Positions 35,689 to 49,745 of a DNA stretch of 64,000 nucleotides are shown piece by piece. Both the position numbers and the translations under genes were made by a program. The notes under the pieces are model-generated. The model ran no database searches and was not told the DNA's origin. It saw only the letters and a program-made list of their open reading frames with translations. Each line of letters opens with the position of its first letter. Within the stretch, counting starts at the first letter, position 1. This DNA comes from Malacoraja senta (Eukaryota), in contig CM075990.1 in the NCBI GenBank assembly GCA_038087875.1, positions 620,001-684,000 on the forward strand. The letters are read 5' to 3'.

Positions 35689-37549
35689 TTAATTATATAA
35701 GTCTGCGTCTTCGTTGCTGGAGTTTGTGCCATCTTCGGGAACCTCAAATTGTACATGGAATTCGCCTTCCCCTAGCCTATCCATGCCACGTGATGAACTA
35801 TGTTGCCGTGGGGTGTGTCCACTGACATAGTGGGGGGGGGCTGCCATCCAGGGGTATGTCACAGGACGGTATTCCATCCTTGCCTGTGGGCAAAACACAT
35901 AAGCGTATCAATATGTATCGGTGCCAAACAAATCATATAAAACAAATCACAACCTTTCACAAGCTGTGTGTTAGAGAAAATCATGAGTCAGGCTGAAGAC
36001 TCAAAAATGTTTCACAGTGTACCTGGTGGGGATATTGTGGTGGCATCCTCGTTTGTTGCAGTGGCACTAATGGCATATGCCTTATCGGACTCTGCAACAC
36101 AAAGAAAACCGTAGTAAATGAATCATAGACGGCATTAAATTAAAACTTTTTTAATTTCAATGAACTTTGATTTAAATATTTTACTGGCTGCGGAAGTCTG
36201 TGCGCCCTTGCCAAGGACAATCCCTCCATGCTGTAACGTTGCCAATTTTCCTCAGGGATTAAGAACATCTCCTCCCTGAGGAACATTGCATATGCATGCA
36301 CAACTCTCTCATAGGACGTCCTTGGCTGTGAGAAAGAGGTGATCATGCCCGACGTTGTCTTTGCCTGTTCCATGATCTGCAACAAGAGAGTACAATCATG
36401 ATAATTATATTGTGGGATGAGATGGAGAAACGTGGAAGTAGGGCGGAGTGAAAGAGATTTGATGATGGGTAATCCAAAAGCACTTACATCCCTGAACATG
36501 TCCCGTTGCAGAGTTTGGACAGGCACCTCGCTATCTGACGCAGTTGTGCTGACCCGCTTCCGTCTTGCATGCTGCTGCAGTTCTACCGCAGTGCATGACC
36601 CGGATGGTCCATGTGAAGGTCCTTCTAGCGGATCAGGCTCACCCTCACTCGAGTCCGCGCACGTTGATGCACCCACAGTACACTAGAAGAAAGTGAATGC
36701 GTATCATACATGTGCAAGGCCATCCGGACGTAGCAGGGAAAGTGAACAAGTTATCATTGTTAAAAATGTTTTGTACTGACTTCCCAACTAATATTTATTG
36801 TCACATAATTTTCTGAGTTACTCACCTTCCTGCAACTTTCCTTCGTGTGCACTCTTACAATGTGGTCCCGGACGAACCCCCATTTGTCATATATCCACTG
36901 GTCTCTGTCAGTCAGTTTCCTACTGCCAGAGCCAGACTTGCTAAGACCTTGTGATATTTTGCCGAACCGTGTCCTCTGACTCTTTAGCCATTGGCACAGT
37001 TGGTCATCTGTGAAAAGATAGCATAAATGAAGATAAGTGTTGAGCAAATTATAATATGAATTTGAACCTCAATTACAAACACAGAAATGTAGATAAACTG
37101 AAAGATATGTACTTACAAGAGCAGGCAGGGAACTCCTTCGCCTTTTCTCCAATTATGAGGTTACGGAGACCCCTGTTCCTAAAATCACGGTTGGTCTTAT
37201 CGTACAGCTCATGGTGGGACTGATACCATTCCACCAGGTCCCCCTCTTGCTCTCGGGAAAAATTATATGGCTGTGAGCCAGACCTGTTCCACACCCATGC
37301 AGGGACATAAGCTGGAGTAGGACATGGACCAGCAGATGGAGAAGCAGATGGGGCAGCAGATGTAGAAGCAGTTGAGGCAGGAGATGGGGCAGGAGATGGG
37401 ACAGGTAATGAAGCAGGGGCAGGGGCAGGGGCAGGGGCAGGGGCAGGGCCAGTGGCTGGACCCTCCAGCACCTGAATTTTATTAGCACCCATACTAATAT
37501 TCTGTACTTTATCCTGCAGCGATCTCTTCACACTCCTTGTTCTCCTCAT
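35689..37549 (-). CDS. Harbinger MADF/Myb-SANT-like DNA-binding protein, 6 predicted exons, 421 aa
   Basis: Exons 37549-37117, 37007-36826, 36682-36488, 36376-36185, 36091-36023, 35883-35689; all introns GT-AG; 1266 nt in frame; MADF-like LVEWYQSHHELYDKTNRDFRN..QWLKSQRTRFGK..SGSG..WIYDKWGFV. Confidence 0.85.
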
Positions 37550-39371
37550 GTTGCTAGTCAACTGTCAAAATACTCCGTTTGAAAAACGCGGTAAAAATGC
37601 TACACTGTTGAAGTCTCAGATCTCGCGTGGTTTGGACGTGAACAGCAAAGAAAAAGGGCGGGCCGACTGCGATGACGTCATTTTGAATCTGATGGGCTGT
37701 GGCGGCAGCTGTCCAGATCGCGGCGCTGCAGCGGTGACTGTGCCTGCGGCCGTGCAGCACACGTGCGTCACTGGCGGCGGCACGTGCCTCACTGGTGGAG
37801 GCTGTGGCAGTGGAGGCTTGACGCACGGCGCTCGACCATACTGGCGGCGGGCCGTGCGAGCGGCCGTGCGCACTCGTGCATCACTGGTGGAGGTTGTGCG
37901 GTGAGTATAGTGTTTTCGACATTGTCGATTTTATTTTTGCACCGCGCGGTGTTGGGAACACCGTCGCACGGCCCGGGAATTGTTCTTTCTCACGAGTGCG
38001 CGGTCTATGGCAGCAGATTCTTCCCGTTTCGCCGCCAATGACCGCAGATTCGTGAGACAGGCCTTTAAGGGAAGAAGTACGATAGGGAAACATAGTAGCT
38101 AGCGGGAGGAGAGATAACAACATAAGGAATGGAAATGGCATTGGGGAGAGAAGAAACAAAATTACCATGCAGGAGGAATGGGAGTGGGGAAAGAAGATAT
38201 TGAATTAATGTATTGCTGAGTTTTATGCCTGCAGGACAGTATGTCAACAAGAGACTGTCTGGGGTGTGAGGTAAAAGAATGCACAGACCCCTAAGAACAG
38301 GAAGAAGCCAGCAAAAGGTAATGCAGCTCTCCAGAAAAAGGTGACCAGCAGGAAGAATTGATAGTGTCCTGCCCCTTTAAGACACTTGGGAAGGCCAGCA
38401 GGCAGAGCGACACGCTCCTCAGTATCTCCACTCCCAAGCAACTGAAACCATCAATAGAAAGGAGGAAGAAAATGACCTACCCTAGTGCCCAACTTTAATA
38501 TCACCTAGCTACTGAAGGAAAAAAAGGAAGGAGAATAAATGACACTTTAATCATCTTTGAAAGAAACAACGCCGACGACATAATGACTTCTGGGACAAAC
38601 CTCACAATAAAGTTTCAAATAAAATATTTATCTGTGGTTTGGAGTAAAATACCTGAATTGCATCTAAATTATGGGTTTTAGAAATAAATTTATAAATGTT
38701 GGACTCGGTCTCGAAATTGTATGGTGATGAATTGGAGGGACTAAAATTTTCAAGATTTGGAATAGACTTGTGGAATCTGACTTAGGACGAATTGGAGTTT
38801 GATTATCAACTGACATTGTTATTATCTCATCCCCAGAAAGATGGACAAAGATGGAAAGGATTATTCAAAGGGCATCAAGAAGGATGGAACTTGTGAAGAT
38901 CTGGTAACATGGAGTTACTTAGGGAATATGAGGGAATTAAAATCGGGATTAAAATTGGAATTAAACTCGAAAATAAAAATGGGAATGGTAATTGGAATTG
39001 GAATATAATTGGAAATGGTCAAAAGAGGAACTGTGAACAGCAGGACTTCCCTTTGAGAGACCGGATTAAGAAATTATTCAGCAGTTAAGAACTGTAAAAG
39101 CGAGAACCCCAAGACAAAGAACGAAGCCAACATAGTAAAAAGCCAACATAGTAATGAGCTAATAGAAAAAGAATCAACATAGTGGAGAATCAGCATAGTA
39201 ACGAGTTACCAGAGTGAGGAGTGCATACATAAATAAGAGGAGATACTGGAAGAAAGACTTGGTTAACTGTAGGGGGAGACTTGAATTGTGTTGGGAATAG
39301 CAGAGCCGATGTGTATTTGCCCGATGGATTTGAATTGTTTTACCTTTGATGGTAAAGCGGCTTATATTATC

Positions 39372-39952
39372 GGTACCCGGACGTGGCGCCGACAGACAAG
39401 AAGCCAAAGCAAAGAAGTCAAAGCCAAAGAACGGAATGGAAATGAGGCCGAAACCCCAATAAACCGTAAGTCCGAAAACCAAACGCCTACTAAACGAAAT
39501 TATGGGATGCCTAAATGCAAACTAACCGAAAGGGCGGGACGCCTAAATCCCAAGGAACCGAAAAGCTGCGTCGCCTAAAAGCAAACTTACCGAATCGCCG
39601 CTCTGTCGAAACACTACCTACCTGAAAGGGGGCGTCGCCTACAGGCCAAAGGACCTGGACCAATCGCTGACAAGTCCCGCCCCCCGACAACGTCAAGTCC
39701 GTTATTGGACTTTTCTGTTGAGCGGCAGTCGGTCCTTTGGCCTGTAGGCGACGCCGCCTTTTGGGTAGGTGGCGTTTCGACAGAGCGGCCATTCTGTAAG
39801 TTTGCTTTTAGGCGACGCAGCTTTTCGGTTAGTAGGCGTTTCATCTTCGGACTCTTTCGGTTTATTGTCGTTTCGGCCTCCCTTCCATTCCGTTCTTTGG
39901 CTTCGACTTCTTTGCTTCGGCCTCTCGTCCATCGGCGCCACGTCTGCACACG
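39372..39952. mobile_element. Long-palindromic non-autonomous DNA transposon (copy 2)
   Basis: Perfect 8-bp TSD ATATTATC at 39364-39371 and 39953-39960. Confidence 0.87.
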
Positions 39953-42414
39953 ATATTATCAAGGTGGAAATAAATTGTCCCTGGATTTGGCATTTTTGAT
40001 TGGACTTAGGATAAATGTAATAGTAAGGGAAATTGATTGTTTAAATTTGAACAGCTGGGAATTCCACAGGAATTGGAATGGAATTGTATTATCGGCTACA
40101 ATGCTGTGGGATGAGAAGAGGAAATGGGCATTGAAATTCGAAAAAGTAAATTGAAGGCTGAGACTGAATTTGGTTAAATTGGAATGTTTATCATGGTTTG
40201 CTTCAAATTAAAGTCACGCCAGTAGGGGAATCTGGACCGAACCCAGCTGAAATGTATATGATTACCTGTCATCAGATATACATAGTATAACACCGTGTGA
40301 GTATGAAGAAGGCTAATTAGTGTTGATCCTAGAATAATAAAGAATAAATTGGGGAATGGAATAGGGATATAGTAATAGATTCAAGATTCAAGAGACATTT
40401 ATTGTCACATGCACCAATTGGTACAGTGAAATTTGGGGTCACCATACAGCCATACGAATAAAAAAAGAACACAGAACACGATAGTCTTTAACATAAACAT
40501 CCCCACACAGCGGAATCAAAGTTTCCCACTGTGAGGTAAGGCACCAAAGTTCAGTCATCCTCCTCTTGATGTTCTTTGTTGTTCACAATGGCCTCTCGAG
40601 GCCCCTGCAGTCGCCGCAACGGTGGCCCAATGTTCAGGCCCTCTCGCCGGGATGATGGAACTCTGACGTCAGAACGGAGAACACCCTCAGCGGCTTGGAC
40701 TTCCGAATCAGCCACTTCTTACTGGAGACCGCGGATCCCGAAGTCCACAGGCTGGGCTGGGCGGAGATTCACACTGGCGGCCCTCGGCAAAGGGATCCCA
40801 GGACTCCGCGATGTTGAAGTCAGCGCTGCCCGTGGCTGGAAGCTCCCCAAACCACAGCTCCACGATGTTGAAGCAGCAGGCCCAACGCTCCGGAGCTTCA
40901 AACGGCGATCCCAGGTAAGGCATCGCCCGCTCCGCGATGAATCCAGTGCTGCGCCGCTGCTGAAACTCTGGTCGGTCTCCGGCAGGAAAGGCCGCGCCAA
41001 TCCAGTTGGTAGGCTGCGAGGGGGGGGAGCGAGGACGCGACTTGGAGAATAATCGCATCCTGGGAAACATTTTCCCCGTTACCCTCCCCACCTACCCCAC
41101 ATAAAAATACTAGGAAACTCCAACACATACTTTTTAAACAGACTAAAAATTAGAAAAAGATGGAAAAACAGACAGACTGTAGGCAGAGGCTGCCATCATG
41201 CGGCGCCCCTAGTGGAGACGGGTGCAATATAATAGGTTCAATAGATAATAGAATAGGAATAGGTTCAAATGAAATAGAAGTAACGAATGTGTGGGAAATT
41301 AAGAGTGCGTGATGGTAACTTGCTTTGTCCCAAACTTCTTAGGATTTTCTAGGGTTTAGGTTCAACTGTGGAAGATGATGGAAGACTGGGTAGGAACACG
41401 GATGGAGGGAATTCACGCCCATGAAAACTCGGGAGGTGAAGACTCCTCAGACAGAACTTGTGAAGTCATGCCCATGAAAATTCAGGACGCTTGTCAAGAT
41501 TCTGAGAAGAAACATCATCATCTTGTGTTACTGATGGATGGGAAATGCAAAGCACACTTATGTATATCTGGTTAGCTGATTATTGAGCCACTTTGGTTAT
41601 CATTAATGATGGGTTATCATTATGATTAAAGGAAGGAATGTTAATCCTGGCTAAATTGGAGCAGCTAGGACTTCAAAATGGGGTTAAGTTTCAGGGTTGC
41701 TGGGAGATTTGGTCAAATTGGAATTACTCTCTGCAGAGCTGGGACAAGCTGCAGAGAGGTGCCAGAGTGTCTGGAGCTTAGATACAATTTGCAAGCAAAA
41801 AATGGGATACTCTGCAAACCCTGTCAATCTGGTGTAAAATGCATAGAATGGATTGGATGGCTGCAAACCAGACATACACCTTATAAATAGTTGTAAATAA
41901 TGTTGCAGAGTTTGACTTTGCCAAGTGTTGATTGGATAAGGTGTTGAGCCTTGTCTGGGTTTTCTGTAAATCAGGGTAAATGTTTCCAAGTTGACTTCCT
42001 CTCGAAGTCCGTTTTCAATACAATGTATTGAACTGTTGCATCATTGGGTTAGGGGAATGCCTGTTATGTATGGGATTAATCGATATCTGTAATTGGGTTA
42101 TTGAGAGACCACCCGCATGTGGTTCGGCCCCTTGAGCACCCGGGACATATAAAAGTCTGCGATCACGAGGCTCAGCGTCGATCTTCTGGAAGAGCGCTCG
42201 GGACTGCATGAACTTCTGGTGTGCCTCTGTCTGAGCGAGGCCTAGAGGGCTTGAACAGGCGGACACGAGGATCGAACCGGCGGTGGGATAAGCACAGTGT
42301 GTGATCTGTGACGCGCTTTTGGTAAAATATAATTTAGTTGTTTCAAGTGCTTGATGCAGTGTTTTTACTGAAACTAGACTGGGGGGTAGCTTAGAAATGA
42401 GAAATTATCATAGG

Positions 42415-42853
42415 GAGATGCACTGCTTTGTATCACCCAGGCCTGGATTGGAGGGGGATTCCTTGGGTCTTTCAAGCTTGGATATAAGGTCGACTTTTTT
42501 CCTTGGAGTTTCTGGCTCTCATACTGCTTTTCCGTTCTCTCACCCTCTTCCCTTGTCATATTTACCACCTGGTATACTTTCCTCAACCTCTCTCCTTCCG
42601 CTCTAAAGAGCTTAAGTACATCTAACTCCTTTTCTCTCTTCTTTTTTTGCGTTTCCAACATATCTTTGGACCTATAATTCTTAATTGCCACTTCCATCTC
42701 GTCACACATATTTATATCAAAAGTGCCTTCCTTGGGCCACTTTGTCAGCAATTTTTCTGTTCTTTTTTCCCATTTCTCAGAGTGCTTTATAATGTCCTCT
42801 TTAGATACAGGGAATGTTTTACTTAGTAGTTCAACTGCAGTTACCTTACTCAT
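42415..42853 (-). pseudogene. gag: ERV-A gag N-terminus (matrix), copy 2
   Basis: MSKVTAVELL..WPKEGTFD..LYPSL. Confidence 0.8.
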
Positions 42854-45840
42854 TGTATTATCTTGTTCAGTGCACTTTATCAATCAGTCCAGTCGAAGTC
42901 CTTATTCTTATTCCAGCCCATTCCTGTAGTTACTACACTATCCTATACACTGTCTCTTTCTAAGAATTTTGGCAGGGAACCAGATCAATCTACTACGAAG
43001 GACCTCAGTGTTCCCGGGAGCTTCTTTGGGGGGTCAGTCTCAAAGGGTCTGACTAGTGCATTTTTCTCTCCCCATCTGATCCCGGTGAACCTGCTGCCAC
43101 TTACTCAGTTGTTGGTTGATGGTCCCAACGAAATCCCAGCTGGCTTGCCAAATGATAATGTTTGCATCTTAAAAAACAGACAAAATACAATGAATTAAAG
43201 TAAACCATACAAGCTTTTACTTTTTATGTCAAACGGGAGTGGCCGAAGATGTTACAGTCCAGAAGAATCCAGTGATACTTCTGGTTCCCCCAAAATGCCA
43301 CTTTAATTAACAAAAATCCTGGGGTCTTTTATACAAAATAGTCACATATGCAGAATATCAGGGGCATTAGGTAATGTCCCAAAGTGCAACAGTCCAGTCT
43401 TAACATGTTTTTCTGTGCCAGCTAGTGGCTATCCCGTTGTAAGCTAGTTCCATTTTCGGGCCTCTCTTATCTGATTGAACTTTTTCAACCAGAAAGCTTG
43501 TCTGAAAACACCATAACATCTGGTCATGTGTTCCAGCAAGCAATGCAATAGCAATTAAATTATTTTCAATTGTTCCAATCCATCTCCCCAATATTCGCAA
43601 TTTCAAATTCCTAGTATAAATATATACTAATAACAATTTCCCAAATTAACATTTAAAAAAATATATTGGCTTATCCACTCTCATCTAACACATGGCCAGT
43701 GTGGCATCCAAGTTTCCTTTCGAACTCAATTCAAAAGATAAGAAATAAGAAGAAAACAAACTTAAAACATCAATAAGACAAAGTAACCTACATTTTTTTC
43801 ATCTCTCTGTTAAAAGTTAAGAGAAAATAAAGAATGAACAGTTAATTTTCATAGATTGGTAACACATTTGCTAAGAACAAAGGAAAATAAAATAACTGTG
43901 TGTAGCTCCGCCCCCATACAATTGCACTTTCTTAAAGGCACACACTACCTCTTGAAATACATGAAACTCTACAAAGATTTATCACATAAAAGAGCAAGCT
44001 CAGTCAATGATATCCTACTTCATCTGAAGTGTAGGATTAAATCAGCATTCAGCCAAAACCGGTTCCACAAACAAGTAACAGTCTTCTCATTGTCACTTCA
44101 AAGAAAACATGCAACTCTTAATACTTTGATACACCCAAATACGTTCATACATTGGTCATAAATTCAACACATACTGAAGAACAGTCGCGATCCAAAACAT
44201 ACATTTAGACATTCTTATGGGATGCAAGCAGAAGCCTCCACGTGGCGCATCCCGGGCAATGCTGACGACAGAAACTGTACCACAGTGACTGACTGAAGTA
44301 GCCAAATCTGCAACCACCGTCAACCGGACCGTCAACCGTCACTGACCGACCGGAAAGACATGATATAGAAGATGGCCGGACACGAGGAAGAAGAAGACAT
44401 TCTTATATCCCTCTCAACCCTCTCCCTCCCTCCGTTATTGATACTCCTCCTCTTAGACACTGCTTATTTCATAATAGCTTCAAGGTGTAAGCAACATTCC
44501 ACACATTTCACATTCCCTTTCCTCCTTCCCAACATACACAAGTTTTATCCGAGAGCAGTATGCCAGAAGGGCGCAGTCCTCTCGTTTCCATAGTTTTTAT
44601 AATATACAAAGGCGTCCCCTTGTAATTAATAACTCTCCCCTTGTCTGACAAGACCGTTCTATTAGAATCTTTGGTTCTGTGGGGACTAGTATAAAGAATT
44701 TGCAAGCTGCTGTGCGGGCAGTACTGTAAGCTTGGGCCTTCCCCTGGGAGACTGCTTTGTCGGGCCACTCATATAGGCATTGCACTTAATAATGGCCAGG
44801 TGGAGTGGGAGAACTGAGGCTTGCAGTGTGGGTATCGTTGTCTTTAAGTTGGGAAAGTCTTCTTGTTGGAATGAGAGAGTTAAAATGAGATGGATTAATC
44901 TGCTAGGAATGGGCAGGCATATTTCACAGTGGGATGGTCCAATTCCCTGTCAGTCAGGATCCTGGGCACTGTGATTGGACAATGATCCAGATTGTGATTA
45001 GTCAGACTCCCTGTCACTCAGGGTCTTGCCACATGCCACACCCATCAATCTCCACAAACAAAGCCACAAACTCTCCTCTTTGTCTCTCTTCACCAGAGGC
45101 AAGCTCGCTGCTTTGTACCAAAAGTTATTCAAAGTTCGAAGGCAAGTTTGTTTTAAACAAAAATACAGGCTGTTGGCTGGGATTTAAAGTTCTTGAGCAG
45201 CCTTGATTCTCATGCTTATTTTTCTTCTGGTCTGTCTGATGTTTCTCTCTCTGTTGCTCTGTGTTGTTTAACTCTTTCACTGCTGGATTCAATACTGCTC
45301 CTTCTTCCTCTCCTGCCTCAGCCCTTTCCCTTCTTCTTTCTCATCTGCCTTTTCAGTCTCCAAGTCGCTATCAGTATCATTTTTGTCTGGGGTGCCCTTC
45401 CCTGTAGGGGTGTTAGAGCCTCCCCCCCATGGGATATTATATGGGGGAGGTGGTCTACACTATTCCTGACTTTGTTCCTCACTCCCCACCAAATTTGTTC
45501 CTTCATCCCCACTCTTCTATAAACAGGGTCGCTATGCCAGACAGGTGGTCTCCAGAAAAATTACCAGCACAGGGTTTGTTCTTAACTAATAATCGCTTGT
45601 TCTCTGAACTCTTCATATCGACGCTTTCTTTCTCTGCCTTGGCCCTTAACAATTTGCAATTTGATGTTACCTAATTAGTCCCTATTCTCCCTGACTTTAC
45701 CTGTTCTGCCCGTTCAGACCCCTTACTCTTCTAAAGGGCAGTATCCGCAGAATGCTTTGTCCGTTCAAACACCTTTCTCTTCCTAGGGTGGTATCCACAT
45801 GATCTTGTTCACATCACACAGAATCTACTTTCTCAGATCA

Positions 45841-48800
45841 ATTTTACTTCGGAGTCACGTGAGTGATTCCGTGAAGAAGTCCCGCCAGAGCGCATGCGCG
45901 TCATTACGTCAGTCGTATTAGCGCAGGGAGGAACAGAGCTCCTCCAGCGGTAAGTTTGAAAAATCCTGCAGGTAAGTTTAAACTTACTTTTCAGGTTTTC
46001 CATTGCAGGAATCTCTTCTCGCAGGTTCCTACTGGATATCGAATTGAGCATAACCCGGTGGACCGCGGGGAAATTGTTGACCGCGGGGATGCCGGCTTCG
46101 GACAGCGGAAGTGCGGTAGCAGGCGGCCGGTGGGTTTTGCTGGTTGAGTTGCAGACAGAACAGTCTGCGACTCCCGAAGTTTAATTCGGGCCGCGGGGTT
46201 TTGTTGACCGCGGGTTATGCAAGCTACGGTCATGATAGACTGCGGGTGGCTGTTGGGCTTGTTGTTTCAAGTCGCTGAAAGGGAGGTCAGCGACTCCCGA
46301 GAGGGCCGTGGGGTTCTCTAGACCGCGGGGATACCGGCTACGGTCGGTGGTAAAGTGAGGAGCCGGTGGCCGTCGGACTTCGGCAGCCCATATGAAGGAA
46401 ACCATGTGGAGCCTGGCCAGGAGGGTCCCCTCTGTCATATATGTATGTCCTCACACGTGCACTATCCTGAAATGGTGAGCCATATCAGGGCAGGTCATCA
46501 GGGAATTCCCTCAGTGGAGAGAAGTACAAGGGGTCAGTGTGTGGCTGATCCCAACCCCAACCCAGGAAGTGAGACTAGTGGTTTATCATCCTTATGTGTC
46601 TATGGCAGTAGCATTTTCTGCTAATTCTGTGGAGGTTTCAGGTCTAGGTCCAAGCTGGCCTTCAAGGAGAATTTACAATTCGCGCATCCCGGCATTGCTG
46701 CCCTCCAAATTAAGGACGAACGCAAATTTTGGAAGCGTTCAAAAGGGTAGACATTATAGTTGCCACTAGGTCATGTTGTGACTATCATACTGAGACAGAT
46801 GATTATCATTTACACAATTTAGGAAATGGGAAGCCTTGTTGAGCTGTATTATCAGTCACCTGTGGGAGTTACACCAGGCGGCGTCATAGTAATTCTGCTC
46901 ATTAAAGGGACTGTGCACGTTTTCTTCCCCAAGACGCCGGATTATTCATATTAAAAGTAAATAAATCCCAGATTTAACTGGGATGGGCGTCTTCATTCAC
47001 ATAATGTCTTTGCCTATGACAAATAACTGTTAAGTTGTCGAACAACATGCTTGGTACAGAGGCATGTACAAGCAAATGGAGGAGATGGATGGTGATACCT
47101 GCTTCAGCTGCGATTACTCCCACTCTAAAAGAGTGTCTAAGGTTAGTATGGATTAACTCCAAACAGGAATCCGAACATGGCTATGTGCCGGGATCCCATG
47201 CTGAATGCATAAGGCACGTCGATCGCATGAGGGAAAGCAGCGGGCGTTGCCTCTAAAATTGCTGCTCAGTCGGAGATGGACTAGCCACTACAAGAGAAGT
47301 TGGCCAGCAGCATCAGCGATCTAATGGAAAAGAAAAAATCATGGTAGTGAATCTGCTCAGGGAGAAAAGGGTAGAGCTAATAGACAGCTGTATCAAGCTA
47401 ATTGAGGAGCAACAGCCTTCAATTAGACAGGTGGCAAGTCTGCTTGGAAAATTAGTGGCAGCATTTCCGGCAGTTCAATATGGGCACTACCAACAGTTAC
47501 AGAGGGCAAAGGAACAGGCACTAAGGATACATTTGGGTCATTATAATAGACCCATGCAGTTATCAGCAGAGGCTGTTGCTGATTTGCAATGGTGGATTCA
47601 GCATGTGTTCAGTAGTTCGAGCATTATAGTGCTTGAGCAGCCTTCCATGATTTTGCAGACGGATGTCAGTGCACTCGGGTGCGGTGCCACGGATACGAGT
47701 TCAAGCTGTGGAGGCAGATGGACTGAGCAAGAGGGATCGCTTCTGCAGACATGGGGAATTAACTATTTAGAGCTTTTATGAGCTTTTTATGGACATAAGG
47801 CTTATTGCTCTAACAAAGGTAACCTGCATGTTCAGTGTCAGATTGACAACACTACGGCAGTGGCATATATTAATCACATGGGTGGAATCAAGTCGGTATC
47901 TTGTGACAGATTGGCTAATCAAATTTGGGCCTGGTGTATTGATAAAGATATTTGGCTTTCAGCTATTTATCTACCAGGTAGATTCAAACTGTAGCAGAGG
48001 CCAGGTCACGAACGTTCCATGACAACACAGAGTGGATGTTGAACTAGGAGCTGTTCAATAATATAGTAGTTACATATGGAATGCCAGATATCGATTTGTT
48101 TGCATCCAGGCTTAACCACCTGCTGCCTAAATATGTTTCATGGGAACCAGACCCGGGGGCAGTTGCAATTGATGCTTTCTCGCTACATTGGGGTGGTATG
48201 TTTTTATATATTTTCCCACCATTCTGCCTCATAGGTCGGTGTCTGCAAAAAATCAAGCAGGATGCCGCTTCGGGGGTGCTTGTAATACCTAATTGGCCGA
48301 CTCAAGCATGGTTCCCTTTGATGTTACAGTTAGCAATCCAACCTCCTTTGGTGGTTCCCAAGAGTAGGAATTTACTGCAGCACCCGGTAACATGGGAAAG
48401 TCATCCGTTATGTGACCGTATTGATTTGTTAATTTGCAGGTTTTAAGAAGACCATACCTGGGGCGAGGACTATCTGGGCAAACTGTGGACATGCTCACTG
48501 CAGCCTGGAGAAAGAGTACTCAAAAGCAGCATATTACTTATGTAAAAAATGGGAGCAATATTGTGTACAAAATAATATTGACTATAGTACTGCAGGTATT
48601 GTGGATGTTTTAGAGTTCCTGTCGACACTCTACTATGATGAGGGGCTCAGTTTTGGCGCCATTAATACAGCTAGAAGTGCTATGTCCTCGTATCTTTTGA
48701 TGGGGTCAGGGAAAGATCCTATTGGTTCTCATCCTCTCATAGCTCGATTGATGAAAGGAATTTTCAACTCCAAACCTAAACCCAGGTATATGGCAATCTG

Positions 48801-49738
48801 GGATGTAAGTGTGGTCCTCAAGATGCTTCGTCAGTGGGTTTCAAAATTGTGTTTTCAGCATATCCTACTGATTCATGTATATGTGTAAGGACACATTTAT
48901 TACATTATATTGAAGCTACTTGGGCCTTAAGAAATGTGGAAACTGGATTGTTATCAGTTACAAGAAACCACACAAGAGAGTGTCAGTGCAGACTATCTCA
49001 AGGTGGTTAAAGCAAGTGCTGATTCAGGCAGGTATTAACACTGACGTGTTTACATCTCATTCCACTAGGGCAGCAGCAACGTTGGCGGCCAGGGCGATGG
49101 ACGTTCCAATCGACCATATTCTCGCAGCCGCCGGGTGGTCAAATTAATTGGTTTTTCAACATTTTTACCATCGGCTGATTGCCGATCGGGGGCTGTTTGC
49201 TAATTCAGTATTAAGTTCTGTTTAAGTTTTCCCCCTGGGATAGAGGGGTTACTGTTTGTTTTGATTATTCAAACAAATTGTTACTGCATGATATTCAATT
49301 TCATGTTTAACGCATTATTGATTATTTCTCATCCGGAGTCAATCAATGCAGTGAGAAGCCGGGATTTGAATCTACGGCATAAAATCACAGAGCTTTGAAC
49401 TCTTCACGGAATCACTCACGTGACTCCGAAGTAAAATAGTAAGATTAAACGAGAACTTACCAGTTTGAAGTTTGATCTTTATTTTATGAGGAGTTACGTT
49501 GGTGATTACGTGCCCACCACGCCCAACCCTCTCTCTCATAAAGGTCATATGGTAGTTCTCATGTTGCTGGTCTTACTATGTTACTTCAAATATTCTGTTA
49601 TCTGTGATTTCATACCGCTGCTTTGAAGATTGACGCGCATGCGCTCTGTCGGGGCTTCTTCACGTAATCACCAACGTAACTCCTCATAAAATAAAGATCA
49701 AACTTCAAACTGGTAAGTTCTCGTTTAATCTTACTATT
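45841..49738 (+). mobile_element. DIRS1-type retrotransposon (copy 2)
   Basis: Same ITR/ICR architecture as copy 1; ORFs 47341-47781, 48081-48446, 48601-48888 and 48920-49147 give RNase H, methyltransferase-like and YR fragments (HSTRAAAT..ILAAAGWS). Confidence 0.93.
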
Positions 49739-49745
49739 ATATTCT

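Larger units (their letters stand above)
32766..38064 (+). mobile_element. Full-length PIF/Harbinger DNA transposon (5299 bp), apparently autonomous
   Basis: ~40-bp imperfect TIRs (AGGCCGTGTCTTACCTGTTTGCGGTCATCGGCGG vs AGGCCTGTCTCACGAATCTGCGGTCATTGGCGG); TTA TSD at 32763-32765 and 38065-38067; two convergent genes; absent at about 17553. Confidence 0.95.
30174..42410 (+). mobile_element. ERV-B copy 2 (contains the Harbinger insertion)
   Basis: TSD TAGG at 30170-30173 and 42411-42414; 3' LTR 41639-42410. Confidence 0.9.

Noticed and set aside
37472..37507. 36-nt GT-AG mini-intron in MADF exon 1
   Set aside because: Very short for a vertebrate intron; in frame and stop-free, so the model does not need it
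44810..44835. 2H-phosphodiesterase HxS motif in the ERV leader
   Set aside because: Needs a frameshift and no second motif was found
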